From the NCBI RefSeq assembly GCF_038025025.1, contig NW_027117338.1:1116001-1180000 (forward strand): a DNA stretch of 64,000 nucleotides, in the 5' to 3' direction. The notes beneath the pieces are model-generated. The model was not told where the DNA came from and did no database searches. It worked only from the letters and a program-made list of their open reading frames with translations. A program made the position numbers and the translations under genes. This document shows positions 48,353 through 61,297 of the stretch, piece by piece. Source of the DNA: Phyllosticta citribraziliensis (Eukaryota). Within the stretch, counting starts at the first letter, position 1. Each line of letters opens with the position of its first letter.

Positions 48353-50613
48353 TCAGAGCTTTACTCCTCCACCCATCAGCCTGTCAAACTCTCTCTTTCT
48401 AAAACGCTCGTACCTGCCCTCGCTCAACCAGTATATCCTGTCTCCAGATCTGGCTACGATCTCTGGATCGATACCCTCTTTCTGCAACACGTGCTTTTGC
48501 AGCTTGTTGGTCCCCGTCACGGACAAAGCCATTGTGACCCTGACAAAAACTGGCACGGCATATTTGGGCAAACAATTCCTCGCATGCTCTGCCAGGACTT
48601 TTAGCCTCTGTCTCTCCCACCGCTCATCCTTGCCCTCGGCGCCCTTCAAGGACAGCGCCGCACAGCCCGCGCGACCCTCTGCCCCCGGGACTCTAACGCC
48701 GTACACGACGACGTCACTGACGACATCAACGCCCCTGCCGGCCGCCAGCGCGCCGGCCACCTCGAGCGTCGCCACGTTCTCGCTCTTCCAGCGGAACGTG
48801 TCGCCCAGGCGGTCGACGAACCACCAGCGGCGCGCGCCGTCCTGGCGCAGCACGTCGCCGGTGCGGAACCAGGCGTCGCCGGGGGCCAGCACGTCGTGGA
48901 CGATCTTGGCGCTGGACGCGCGCCCGTCGCCAAAGTAGCCCTGGAACGTTGCCCGCGTGTCGTCGGCCGGCAGGCGGAACAGCAGCTCGCCGGGCTCGTC
49001 GACGCCGCACAGCGCGACGCGGTTGTCGTTGTTGGCGCCGTCGCGCAGCAGCGTGCCCGTCTCGCTGTCCACCCGCGCCACCACTTGCAGCTTGCCGTGG
49101 CCAAACGCCAATGCGGATGCCAGCGCGCCAAAGTATCCCACGGCGCCTGCGGTGAAGGGCCCAGAGCTGCGGTTCCACAGCCCGGCCGGGCCCTCGGTCG
49201 CCGCGTAGAACTCGCACACGGTGCGGATGTTGAAGCGCTCGGTGAAGCGCGCCCACACGTCTGGCCGCAGCCCGTTGCCGAAGACGGTGTGTACGCGGTG
49301 TGTGGCGTCGAGCGCCGCGTTGGGCGGCGAGGCGAGCAGGTAGCGCAGCGTTTCGCCGACGTATTGGAGGTGGGTTGCGCGAGTAGCGTGGAGGGAGGGC
49401 AAGAGGTAGGTCGTCGAGAAGGAGGGAGCGAGGGCGAGCGTTGTGCGTGATGAGAGGACGGCGAGGAGTGCGAGGAGCGAGGCCGAGGTGTGGTAGAGGG
49501 GCATGGCCTGGAGGATCTCTTGTCAGCCACGTACAAATTATGCACTCATGGTCTCGCTGAGAGGGTGAGGATTAATTGCCGTCTGCGAGAGAGCTCGATT
49601 CTCGTGAGAAGTCGTGTGGTTGATACGAGAAAGACGGTACGTAATTGTGGCGGGGATAGAACTCACTGTAAACACCACATCCCCCTGCTTCAACGGTAAC
49701 CACAAGCCGCAGAATGTTGCCGCAACCTTTGCTTTGCCCCAACTCACCACGGCCGGCTTGGGGAGTCCCGTCGTTCCACTCGTGTAAATCAACATGGCCA
49801 TGTCCTGGCTCTCTCCAACGCTGCGCTGCGCATCCTCCGCCCTCAATCCCTCCTCTTTCAGAATCTCTTCGTCCCACACGTCCAATCCAAACCTGACCGT
49901 CGAGATACGTTGGCCAGAAAACCCCTCTCCCTTTTCTGCGCCATTGACCAGTTCTCTCCAAACTTGCCCGTCCTCAGCATATTTGTCCTGGACCTCGCTC
50001 TCGCTCCCCACGAGCACGAGCCTCGCCGTCGAAACCCGCAAGCAGTGCAGCAGCCCTGCACCTTTCAAGTGATAGTTGATGAAGGCGGGGGTGGCGCCGA
50101 GCGACCATAGGGCAAACCACGCCACCACGAAGCGCGCGCTGTTGGGCATGTCGAGCGCCACGACGTCGCCGCGCCGAACGCCGTGCGCGCGGCGCAGATA
50201 CCGCGCAAATGACAGCACCGCGGCATACACGGCGCCGTACGAGTGCGACTCCAATCGGATTTCGGATCCTGGGTCTCCATTGGCGTGTGGGGAAGAGCGG
50301 CCTTCCTTGGGCGGGTGATGGGGTATCTGCAAAAAGAGCGTGTCGCGGGTCCGTGGATCCAGCGCTGCGGCTTCGAGGTCGTAGAAGCAGTTGGTGCGGT
50401 CGTTGCGCTCGGCGCGCGTGATTGTGTAGATGGCGCGCAGCATAGCTTGCGTGAACCAAGCGTCGTAGGAGAGACCGAGGCGCGCGTCGAGATACATGGA
50501 ACCGGTGACAGCAGCGGCACCGGCCATGGCCAGCGCCGCGAGGGGGACTGCATGTTGTGTCAGAAAAAAAGATGGCTTCTTTTGCGCTGGTGGGACGGGA
50601 GCAAACCTGGCAT
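48353..50613 (-). CDS. FAT1: Very-long-chain acyl-CoA synthetase / fatty acid transport protein
   Basis: Exons 50613-50607, 50547-49667, 49507-48353. Motifs IYTSGTTGLPK, MPLYH, QYVGETLRYL, GNGLRPDVW, EFYAATEG, DRLGDTFRWKSENV. Ends in VKL. Confidence 0.93.
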
Positions 50614-52132
50614 GGTGGCAACAATTGACAAGAAAGCGCTGGATTGGATAGTGCACTGTGGTCTTTTTCTATTTGACAGAGGAACGTGACTTGAAGCGAC
50701 TGTGTAAGGTAGGACTAGCTGTGCCGTGTGGCCATATTCGCGGTGTACATGTATAACAATGCCGCGGTCAATCAAGCCGGACAGGCTGGCCAACGATAAA
50801 ACAACATGGTTCAGACGAGCAAGGAAAGCGAAGAAAGAAACGAGGGGCAAATGACGCGAAACGCAGCCAAGCCAAGCAAGCGAAAACGCGGAGCTCAGGA
50901 CGGAGAGCACTCTATCCGTTCATGGTGCGCAGGAGGGGGGTGGAGAGGGTTGGGGCTGGCAGTGGGAGGCGAGGCGGAGCAGTGAGTGGAGAGAGGCATG
51001 CGAACGACGCGTGGTAACCGAGTCGCCTTCGGTTCGCTTTCTCGCTAACCCTTACCATCTCTGTCTGTCAATCTCCGCCGCAAAAACAAACCAATACTAC
51101 TGAACAGCAGCATTCTTCAAAAGCTCATGAGCCGCTTTGGCGCATAAAAGTCCAAGGCCGCCTTCTGGCTGCCCGACACGTCTCCCGCTTTGCTGTGTAC
51201 AAACGGGGGTGTCCTTTGCTTTGCCTACTGATGGGAATCCGGGGTCTGGCACGAGGCATTCATTCCCCGTTATGAGCACGCGATGGTGCTCTGCGACAAA
51301 GCCCACGTCCATCCTCCACTTGGTGTTGCTGAGGTCAGAATCATTAACAGTCTTTTTTACGGCCGCAACGGCCTGCAGTCAAGAAACTTTGCATAGCCGA
51401 CCCGATGGCCCAGCTATTGCTTGATCTATTCTAGATTGTCGGATTTTCACTCGGACCGCCAGACTTCGTCTAGGGGACATCAGGGTCGTCACCTTTAAGC
51501 ATAAGTGGTCTGATGGGAGAAATGAAGGCTCGCCATAGCCTCGAAACGGGGCAGAGCGATGGCTCGGCCCGGACGAGTCCTGCTGCTTCTTTGGCTTCGC
51601 TTTCGGTTTTCAAGAACGCCATGTGGCGCGAATTGAAGCTCAACCGGACCTTGCAAGGCCAGTGAAAGCCGAGTGAAGAAGCTATTAACGAGCAAGTTGC
51701 TTCAGGAAATTACATTCTCTGTCGAACCCTTGAGGTTTAGATGCTTTTCTCCAGCACTGGCAGAGAAATTGAGGTGGCATTCTTCGATTGCCAGAAAACT
51801 ACTTTCGATTGCAGGCATCATGCGACATACCAACGAGTTGTCTGGTTTGTCATATCCTGTTCAGAAACTTGCCAATTCGAAGCGGAGTCTATGTACTTTT
51901 GTCGGTCTCGACTGAACATTTCCCTCAAAAGTCGTCCAGCAATGGCGTATCAGAATGCAGAGAGTAGCGCATTACAACCGACCAAATGCACGTAGGGGAC
52001 AAGTGTTACTCCGCACTAAACGATCTCTCTCGCCAACTTACTGCCAACACCGATGCCACCGGACAAGAAAAAGAACAAGTCAGCTGGACAAGAACCAAAA
52101 TCTTATGCAAAAGACCAAACGCCTGCGCAGGC

Positions 52133-54135
52133 TTACATCGAGGAGCGCCCACGAAACGACGAAAGCGACGACCACGCTACCCTGTGAAGACTCTTCTTCT
52201 TCTGTTCTCTCCTACTCACCAGATTTGAATGCATACTCTCAGCCGTAGCGCTCGCCGTCACGGCAATCGGACTGCCCAGCGGTGAATCGGACCCGTCGCC
52301 AGCAGCGCCTGGCATGCTCGAGTAATCAAAACTCTCCTTCGACGACCTCAGACGCCTGATGCTTTTGCGAGGAACGATGCCCCTTCGGCCTTGTTCGTCT
52401 TCCTGCTTGCTGCTCGAAAGCTGCTCCGCTTCCTGCGCCGCCCGCTCGACGTCCATGCTTGTCTGCTCGATGCGCTGCGTGCAAGTGATTTCAAGCGTGC
52501 GGGGTGACATGGGCGGTGACGAAGACGACATTTCGATGCTGTCGCTGCCGGCGCTGTCGCGCTTTGTGTTGTGGGAATGTGCGCTCCGGCTGCTGGAATT
52601 GCTGATGATGCTGCTGCGAGATGCGAGGAGCGGTCGGGGCGTGCCAGCATTCGCCATCGCAATGTCCAGGGAGGGAGGCCGGCTGGTGCTCCGGCGCTCT
52701 ATGAAGATGGCGCGAGGTGGTGGCATTGGGCACGCAGACATTCGCTCGGCGTAGCGAACAAATTCGCCTCCGTCTTGATGCTCGTCGCGCACAATGTCTT
52801 CGGGCGGCGCTTCGGTGTTCCACGAGCGCGGCGACACAGGGGACATCTTTTGCGGAAAGTCGGCGGCAACTCTGATAAAGCCAGTCCTGCTATCTTTGCG
52901 GTCGTGAGTATAGTCGCACTTTGACGCGCTGACTGAGATCTGAGGTAGGTCGACACTACTGTATGTCCCCCTTCCGCCGGTCTCCTCAATCGGGAGGATG
53001 CTGCTTCCGGTCGCGTAGCTGTTGAAACCTCCCCTGACGAAGTGGTATAAGCCTCGCGACATGCTAAGTATCTTGGGTTCAAGATAACGGGCCACTAATG
53101 GGCGGAGAGCAGGGGCACTGGCACAAATCTGCGTCACCAGATCAACTCAAGCCCCCGTAGTCATGTTCGTTCAACAACAAGGAGGGTTTGACTTACTAGA
53201 CCGAGATATGCCTCAATTGTTGCCACCATAAAGAGTGGGTAGGCTTCCCAACTGGTGTCTATGGCCAACAAAGACCTCCAAGTCAGCCATGTGCGCACAC
53301 ATGCTGTAACAATCACGATGAATCCAAGACCGAACAGCACGCAGGTGGTGATTCGTTGTTGTAGTGGCAGTCTCATGGTCAAGACAGTCGGGATTGGTAG
53401 CACGGCAACTAGTGTGTCTATGAGGACATTGATGATGCTGGCAACAAGATTGAGCACATTTTGGTCGATGCAGCGGGATCCTTTGGGGGGAATAAAACTC
53501 CAGAAAGTCCGCATCGGACTGTCGTCTCATCAGTCAACGTCCATCTCAGTGATTCTTGGATAACCACAACTCACATGCAGATCAGACACGTAGCCACCGT
53601 TATGAAGATCCAGTTCGCAATGTTGATGGCAAATGCACCACGCAGAGTCCACTTGGCCCATCGAATATCCGGTGCTTGGAAGAGGCGGGAGTAGAAAGCC
53701 AGCAGCGACTGCCGAGTGAAGAAAATGACGGTCGGAAATGTCATGCGCGCGGCCAGGCCAACTTTGATGGTCGGCTGAATGCTCCACAGCGGTATGTCCC
53801 AGATGTGTCGGTTCCAGTAGAACCGCTGAAAAGCAAGTATGATGGTGGCGCTCAAGCCGATTGCAAGAACCTGTTGCGCATCAGCTTCCTGCTTCGACGA
53901 TCGTCTAGAGCATGCTTCGACCACTTACAAAGGCTATAATCATGTAGACGTCGTCGGCACCAAACCATCTCCTGAGAAACACTCGACTGTAGATGCGGAG
54001 GGCGAGCATGGCCAGGGAGATGGATGCCAGGACCGCGTTCAGGACGACAATGCCATCACCTCGTGTGGATGGGTTGGCGTAGTTTGGTCTCGGCCATTTG
54101 ACGATCTCGTCCAAAGGGTATAAGCTAGTGGCCAT
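52133..54135 (-). CDS. PTH11-like (CFEM-less) integral membrane protein, fungal rhodopsin-like domain
   Basis: Exons 54135-53929, 53870-53575, 53518-53197, 53128-52133 (3' end less certain). Motifs WPRPNY.NP.TRG, LRIYSR....FGADD, C.P...FW, D..V..LPIP, ICASAPALRPL. Confidence 0.85.
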
Positions 54136-55061
54136 CAGGACGATGGATGATTCCCAGTGGAGAAATAAAACAGAGATAGACGTCTGGTTGTCAGTAGGCT
54201 CAACTGTGCTCCACGACAGAGAGGGCGCCAACAAGAATGCCCTTGGGAAGCTCAGCGAAGGTGGGATGTGGTCGTAGGTCGGCACCTGGGGTCTAGCCCT
54301 AGCTTGTCAGGCGCCTCCATCAGGCTAGGAGTAGGAACAGTGATGCAAGACCACTGAAGTTTTAGCGTTCCAGCATTGGTAGCGGGCCTGCCAAAAGTCA
54401 ATGTGATCAAATGGAAGAATTGGCATTGCTTGAAAATGTTCCCTTGGGCGTGGGCAGGATAGCAGATATACTCCGTAGAAGAGTTAGAGAAACACAAGGC
54501 TCGCTACTTCTGTTCAAATGACCGTGTTGATGCAGGGAATCGAGTAGAGGTCATGGTGGTGAGGTCATAGTGGCAGATGCTGGTTCAGGGTTGATCGGCT
54601 GAAGCAGTATTGGGAGAATTTCACGTCAGGCACCGCATGAAGCCGTGCCACATCAATTGCCCTCAAGTACGTTCATCCGCGGTCATGTCCGCATTGCCAC
54701 AGACCCTCAGCGCCACTAGGGATGCTTTCGTGTACAATTTCAGCTGCATCTGCTGAAGGAGCTGCGAAGAAGCAGTTGACTGCGGCAAAACTGATCACTG
54801 GCGCGCCTGGATTAGTCTAGGCAAGGCGTGGTATTGGCTTGTGTGAGCGGCGAGGCGCAGACTAGTACAACCTTAACTGAAAACGGCGAAAAGAGGGATG
54901 AAGACACTCAGCATCCGTCAACTGTATCCAAACGTGGCATGATGGTGGCACAGAGACCAAAATGTGGACAAAACTGTTGCGGGATGGCAAATGTGCTCAG
55001 AATGACATTCGTTCCATTGCCTTTTGAGAAGAAAGGCCCTGTAATGGTTGTCAGCATTACA

Positions 55062-58000
55062 TCAACTTTTGCCCTTACCACGACCTCTGCCTCTAGCTCT
55101 GCCCCGCGAGCTCGCTTTCCTTGCCTTTTTCCTAGGCTCTTCGAATTCCTCACTCTCTTCTTGATCCTCATCGTCTTCCACCGCAGCTCTTTTCTTACTT
55201 GTCCTTCCCTTTCTCCTTCTGGCGCCTGATGCCTCGCCTTCTTCTGCGTCCACAACACCGTCATTCTCTGCCTCTTCGTCGGGCCCGTCTCCAGCCCTAG
55301 CTCTAGCGCCCATCTTGGTCAGCGCATTGCCCAATCTTCTGCTTGTCATCTCGACCCGTTTTCTCGGTGCGAAAGCACCAGCACCAACGCTACCTCCAAA
55401 GAAACCCGTGATGTTTGACTGCGTTCCTTCCAACTCGCGGCGGTTCATGTCTCGAATGACGGGCACGAGGACCTCATCGGTGCGCTCCTGACTCCACCCA
55501 ATAGTCGCCATGAGAAACCGCCTGAGTTCATCTAGATCTGGCACGCCCCACTCGAATTTCGACGGATCGGAGTCGACTTCAGGCTTCAGGTAGGCGTCCT
55601 CGACTCGAGGATCCGGAAATGTAGGCGGGAGAAACAACTTGGTGGCGTTGCTTTTGCGGAACTTGCGGCGGAAGTTGTTTCCTCTGTCATCTTCTGACTT
55701 TCTAGTCCCGCTCTGGACAGATGCCCACCACTCACGAAATTCTGTAAGATCGCCGAACTCGGAGAGAACTTCGAGGGCAGTGACCGGTCCAACCCGAGGA
55801 AGGCCTTCCGTGTAATCACTACCTAGGAGCTGCGCAATGGCGATGAGTCTCTCACGCGTTAGGCCGAATTCGGATTCCAAGTCGGACGTGAGGTAGCACT
55901 CGACAAATTTGGCTTGGTTGAACATGTTCTTGTAGACACGTGTGCCACCAAAGAGGAAAATATCACTATCATCCGTGACAATTCCATCAACGAGACCCAG
56001 ACTGACAAGCTCTGCACACTGGGCTTCGGCTTCCATTGGTGCTGTTATGTAGGGAAGACCAAAGAGCGAAAGAAGTTGCTGACACTCAGCTACCATAGTT
56101 TGCGTGACTTCATCTGCGTCGCGTCGATCCTTTTTTTGCTGGTTTCGTAGGGCCTTGAGTTCCCGCTCATAATCAATAGCATTCGCTTCTTGTGTTTTGC
56201 TGTTGAAAGTAGAAGCGAAACGGGCGTGCTCTTCTGATTCTTGGGCCAGCTGTCGAAACAACTCCTCGTCTTCGGGGTCCGAGTAGAGGTGCTCGTCGTC
56301 ATCCTCGTCGCTGAGTCCCTCCGGCGCTGGGACTATGTTTGGATCGTTCAAGTCGATAAGGGGAGGCGATGGCCGGACAGTGTCGTGAGGGACAGGCTCC
56401 GTCTCGGTTATGGGAGGTGATGGTCGCACTGTCTGGGTGCTCTCAGGCACAGGTTCATTCGTTATGACGTCTTCGAATTCAGGCTCGGGAGACGAGGGTG
56501 GAGAGCTCTGGACCTTGCCTGCTGCGACTGCTGACCCTTCGTGGTTTCCAACCGGATCTTGCAGTTTTGCGCGTCTTTCGTCTTCTGGTTCACTCTCAGA
56601 CCATTCGTAGAATTCTTCTTGCGGCGAAGCGGCCTTGTCAGCCGAATTTGGCAAGGGAGAAGGGTTTCTATCTTGCAAAACTTCAAAGTCGTTCTGGGCA
56701 TCCTCTTTTGGCTGCAAAGACTCAGCTCGAGATTGACCGGCTGATTCATCGATCTTGTCAGGAGCAGTCAACACCACATCCTCCATTTCGATGTCTTCAT
56801 CAGCTTCTTCGGGTTCCTCTTCCTTGTCAGACCCAATATGAATTATGCTTTCGTCTTTGGGAGACTCTGCTTCCAGGTCAATAACCTCCTGCTTCTCGGG
56901 ACTGTTGGCGTCCAGGTCGATGACTTCATTTTCGTCTCTCATTAGTTTGTCTGGCTTTTGAAAAACAAAGTCCTTCTCCAGTGCCTTCCGGTCCCTCTCC
57001 CTCTGCTCTGCCTCCATGGCCTTGGCAGCAGCGTAATCGTCTCGAATATCGTGGTTTTCGGCAAACCAAGGAGGCAAAGGAGCAGCCTTTTTGGCCTCGG
57101 CATTCTCAGCTTTCCTTTCAAACCCTCCGGCCTGCGCCTCCTGGAGCTTTTCCATCTTCTTCTTCCCAAGCAGAGAGCTTCCAAGATCGAGCCTTTCAAA
57201 AGGCAAGGGCGCCGGGCGCAAGGATGGAGTGGCAGGCTGATTTGACGGAGAGCGTTTAGGAGACTGTGGCTTTGGGCGCGACTCAGGTCTCTGAGTGGTC
57301 TTGTGTTTCGATTTTCTCGATTCTGCCAGTGCTGCCTGCAGATCAATACCATCCTCCTCGCTGTCGCTCTCTGCAAAGGGCTGGGCGACTCTAGCGCTGC
57401 GATTGTTTGCCATTCGAGCGATTGCCAGGCCAGTCCCCGAGGTAAAGGGCTTTGATTCATCTGGCTTCTTCTGAAAAACTTCTTGGAAATCGTCTTCCTC
57501 GTCCGCGTCCGTTCTTTGGTGAACCTCGTGTCCATCTTCATCCTGCTGAAGTGACATGGCGATTGCCCTCTGTAGTTCTTCGTCCTCTTCCCCGTTCACT
57601 CCTTCCGCTCCGTTGATCCCAATATCTTCCCATTCCTCATCCTCCTCATCACTTTTAGCGTCGGCGACGAAAAGAGAATCCGGATCTTCTGTTCGAGGTC
57701 GACCGGCGCGACGACGAAGACGGCTCCGACCAGACTTTTGCCGTGTTGGACTACGCTGCGTAGATCCAGATGGGCTTTCTTTGCGCTTTTGACTAGGCAG
57801 CCGATTGAGACCCTGGATGGGGACATCTTCAAAGTCCTCATCTTCTTCCCACTCCTCCTCTTCTTCCTTTGGAGGACTGCTCCGGTCTACCTCGATAGGC
57901 TTGTCATATCGCCCTTCATCCTTATCCACGACTCCCAAAGCCCAGCCACCCTCTACGCCCTCGTTTTTGACCAAGACATACTCCCGGTTCTTCTCGCCTG

Positions 58001-58889
58001 CGACGCGACCGCCAGCATCCATACCGTACAGCGTGTCACCGTTGTTGATGTTCATCAAGCGTTGCGTGAGCTCGTTTCGTTCCCTGACCCTCTCAATCTG
58101 GAATTTGGAAAACTCCATCCTGTCCTTGAACATGGCGTCCAATTGGTCCTTTGAATATCCCATCCTCAACCGGCTCCTCAGCCTCGCAGCATTCAATATG
58201 TTGTATCGGTCGGTGGCAGGCAAGCTTATAAAGAATGGGCTGTCGAAGTCGATCTTTGAAAAGTCGTAGACGTTGATATCCTCGCCTGATTCGAAAGTTC
58301 GGGCGTAGTCCTCCAGCTCCTCCAGCGACATAATGCGTGGGTCGTTCGGCCCTCCCATCTCTGCCAGGGAAGCGCCCAACTCTGGGAGGTGGTATTGGTC
58401 CTTCTTCCTGAAGGTGCGGTTTTGCTGCCGTTCCTTGGGAGTGGAAAACACCTCTTCCGCGTATACGTAGCTTTCTGGTGCTACCTGCTCACGATCCTCT
58501 TCGGCCGCCGTCTTGCGTTTCGCCTCTTCTTCCTCAGCGCGACGCTGCATCTGCACAGCCAATAGCTTCCCGGCAGTCCTTACTGCATCGTCTCTTCTGC
58601 CTTCGCGCCTGTTCTTGCGAGCGTTGATTGTTTGTCGCTTGAGAGCCGGCGCACCGCCATCGAAAACGAATACGGGCTTGATGCCGATGAACAGTAGCTT
58701 GCAGATGCGGCGAAAGAACCCGACGACATGAGAATTCCGGAGAGCGTTTCCTTCCTTGTCGCGTACGGCTTTCAGAAATTGGTATATCCAGATGGAGGCA
58801 TCGACGGCGAGGCGCTTCTTGTTCAGCGTTTCGATCTTGATGGGTCGCGCGCATGGCTGCACGACGGTCCAGAGACCGGTGACACCCAT
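55062..58889 (-). CDS. RAD2: XPG/Rad2 nucleotide excision repair endonuclease
   Basis: Intronless, 1275 aa. XPG-N (MGVTGLW, LAVDASIW, VFVFDGG), acidic spacer with a UIM-like ELQRAIAMSL, XPG-I (APMEAEAQCA, TDDSD, LLGSDYTEG). Confidence 0.97.
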   Translation of the reverse strand: MGVTGLWTVVQPCARPIKIETLNKKRLAVDASIWIYQFLKAVRDKEGNALRNSHVVGFFRRICKLLFIGIKPVFVFDGGAPALKRQTINARKNRREGRRDDAVRTAGKLLAVQMQRRAEEEEAKRKTAAEEDREQVAPESYVYAEEVFSTPKERQQNRTFRKKDQYHLPELGASLAEMGGPNDPRIMSLEELEDYARTFESGEDINVYDFSKIDFDSPFFISLPATDRYNILNAARLRSRLRMGYSKDQLDAMFKDRMEFSKFQIERVRERNELTQRLMNINNGDTLYGMDAGGRVAGEKNREYVLVKNEGVEGGWALGVVDKDEGRYDKPIEVDRSSPPKEEEEEWEEDEDFEDVPIQGLNRLPSQKRKESPSGSTQRSPTRQKSGRSRLRRRAGRPRTEDPDSLFVADAKSDEEDEEWEDIGINGAEGVNGEEDEELQRAIAMSLQQDEDGHEVHQRTDADEEDDFQEVFQKKPDESKPFTSGTGLAIARMANNRSARVAQPFAESDSEEDGIDLQAALAESRKSKHKTTQRPESRPKPQSPKRSPSNQPATPSLRPAPLPFERLDLGSSLLGKKKMEKLQEAQAGGFERKAENAEAKKAAPLPPWFAENHDIRDDYAAAKAMEAEQRERDRKALEKDFVFQKPDKLMRDENEVIDLDANSPEKQEVIDLEAESPKDESIIHIGSDKEEEPEEADEDIEMEDVVLTAPDKIDESAGQSRAESLQPKEDAQNDFEVLQDRNPSPLPNSADKAASPQEEFYEWSESEPEDERRAKLQDPVGNHEGSAVAAGKVQSSPPSSPEPEFEDVITNEPVPESTQTVRPSPPITETEPVPHDTVRPSPPLIDLNDPNIVPAPEGLSDEDDDEHLYSDPEDEELFRQLAQESEEHARFASTFNSKTQEANAIDYERELKALRNQQKKDRRDADEVTQTMVAECQQLLSLFGLPYITAPMEAEAQCAELVSLGLVDGIVTDDSDIFLFGGTRVYKNMFNQAKFVECYLTSDLESEFGLTRERLIAIAQLLGSDYTEGLPRVGPVTALEVLSEFGDLTEFREWWASVQSGTRKSEDDRGNNFRRKFRKSNATKLFLPPTFPDPRVEDAYLKPEVDSDPSKFEWGVPDLDELRRFLMATIGWSQERTDEVLVPVIRDMNRRELEGTQSNITGFFGGSVGAGAFAPRKRVEMTSRRLGNALTKMGARARAGDGPDEEAENDGVVDAEEGEASGARRRKGRTSKKRAAVEDDEDQEESEEFEEPRKKARKASSRGRARGRGRGKGKS

Positions 58890-59173
58890 GGCGGTAAATC
58901 AACAGAAAAGCTCCGTTGGATCTCAATATTCCCCTTGGAATTCTGGAAGAAGATGCATGGCTGAGTGTTGTGAAAAGCGGCGCGTGGCGGCGACGAGAGC
59001 GCGTGTGCTTGCCGGGTCCGGCGTCACGCCAGTGACGACATGGATCCGGGGAGAATCTCATCCACAGTAATTGCATGAGTCATGAGCACCCTTGACGCAC
59101 CCACGACTTTCAACTTCTTCATCAAAGCTTCAAAGCGGTCAATTCAATGATTCACTACCAATCGTTCAATATA

Positions 59174-61297
59174 CTAGGCTCCATCACTGCCAGCATCAAC
59201 GTACTCGTCATCTGACAACCTGTCCTCATCTACCATTGAAGGACTCCACTTTCGCTTTCCCTTTCTACCGGCGTGGCTCTTTACCAACGGGACGTCGTCA
59301 TCTGAGTCCATGCCATGAATCGAGTCTGTTGAATTTGGCCAAGCGGTCTTAGGATCCCGATAGTTCTCCTCGAACTCTTTGTCGAATCCGTAGTGAAAGA
59401 ACAATTCTCGTCCCGGGGGAATATCTCTGATGGCGAACACCCCAATGCGATACACTGTGTTGCACATCAAGATCTTGGTCGTGCAATTGACGAATTTCTG
59501 TTTGGCGTTGTTGATGAACCGCATATCATTGCCCATGCGCGTAGCATCAATGGCTTGGTCAATGGTGCCGTCGTCTTCGAGGTCCTTGCCGGTCAAATTG
59601 AAGATGTATTGCTGTCCAGTTTTCTTGTAGTAGAACTCTCTTCGCAGCATTTCGTTGTGAGATGATCTCGCCAGTATACTCTCCCAAGTAATCGCCTGCT
59701 GAGATGGCCTCGACGGTATACAATCCGAAGCCCGCATCTTTGATACTGGAGGTCCCCAGGATCGTAAGCTTCTTGATGCCGCTTTGTATTTTGACATTCT
59801 GGCATAGCTTTCTATCATCTGGATCGCGCCCTCTGCTAACCGAATCCAAAAGCTCGCCGGCGCCGCAACGGAAGCATAGATCTGGGTCGCATTCTCTTGA
59901 TAAACTGAAGCACTGGCACTTTGGGTTGTTCCAGCAAGTCTTTTGCTGTTTTGAACACGAGCAGCCCGAAAAGCGTCGCGGGCAGGACTTTGAACAGCCA
60001 CATGACTTCTCGCAAGTGACCTCATGCTCGAAACAGGAGCATTGTGCCTGCTCGCAGCTGCCTTCATGGCTGCAAGGGACAAAGCTTGGGCGATCATAGA
60101 CGCTGGAGGCCTTTGCAGCGAGTTTTTTCCAGTGCCTCGCGCTTTTGTATTCAAGCGCGTCGCCGTCCGTATGCGCTCGGCGGCCCGTTGTTACGTGCGT
60201 CCGGATGTTTAGCGAGGCATCTCTGTCGGCCTCATCATCTTCTTCCTCCATCATCGCACCATGGTAGGGGCATTCGTGCACATGGCAAACTCGACATGCC
60301 AGAGTGCGATGCTCAAATCCAGTATCTTCCTGGAACTCCTCTTCGGATTTGAAGTGCTGTATTGCAATGAAACTGAGAGCGACAAACACGTTGAACCATG
60401 CGTGACAAAGGGCAGAAGTTCGTGCCAAGGCATCCGGGGTCGACTTAGGCAGGCGAGCCAGAAGTTTGTGATGTGCCGGATATTTTGAGCAAGCCTGCTT
60501 CTTCCATTTCTCCATATTTCTAACCTGTTGCGCATGCAGTCCATAGGCTTGAGAATTTGTGTCAAGGATTCGTTTGAACTCCTCCACGGACATAGCGTAG
60601 TAGTTGACCACATCGGCAAAGTTGCAACGAGCCTTTTCCAGGGCATACGGGGCGTATGGGAACAGCTGCCAACACATCTCGACGTAGTCGTTCTCGACGT
60701 GTCGCTGGTCGTTTACCATGTTGAACTGCTCCTTCATCTCTTCAGTCAATTCTGAGTCATTCTGGTCATCACTGAAGCAGGGCAAGACCAGAACGTTCTT
60801 GTTGTTAGGAGCCAGAATGTTTTGACTTAGAGAGACGTAGCCTTTGTAGCTCGGGACCTGAACGGAGGTAGAAGCGAATCTTGTGACGGTACCGTGGAAG
60901 CTCGATGGCTTGTCACCGATGGGAGTATATTGTCTTTTTCCGGTGACCTTCCTGGAATCTTTGTCCGTCTTCACAGAGACCTTGGGCTTGAGCGAAGCAA
61001 ATGGAGATTTGCTCGAAACGGGCTGCCCCGAATTATCGATAGGTCTAGAAGTGTGAATGTTCGATGGATGGGCTGATTTCGTCTCTGGCGCTACGCCAAC
61101 AGTCTTTGCTTCACGCCTGCACCGAGCTCGAGCGAGACGATCCTAAATTGTGTAAGACTGGCGCCCGGTAAGTGTCCCACAAAATTGGAAAGACTGACCG
61201 CAGCGAAGTACCGGACATCTTCCTGATACTTCTTTTGGACCTCTTCCACTAGAGTCTTCATTCTTGGGTAATTACATAGCTCAGCGGTTGAAGACAT
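59174..61297 (-). CDS. KMT6: Polycomb H3K27 methyltransferase EZH2/KMT6 homologue (CXC + SET), with an apparent frameshift at about 59654-59660; 5' end uncertain
   Basis: Exon 61297-61199, then intron 61198-61143. CRVCHVHECPYHG; CXC domain (PCSHEGSC, CEKSCGC, RECDPDLC); SET domain split between two frames (GFGLY..EYTGEIIS | NEMLRR..IDATRMGN..RFINN..ELFFHYG). Confidence 0.88.
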
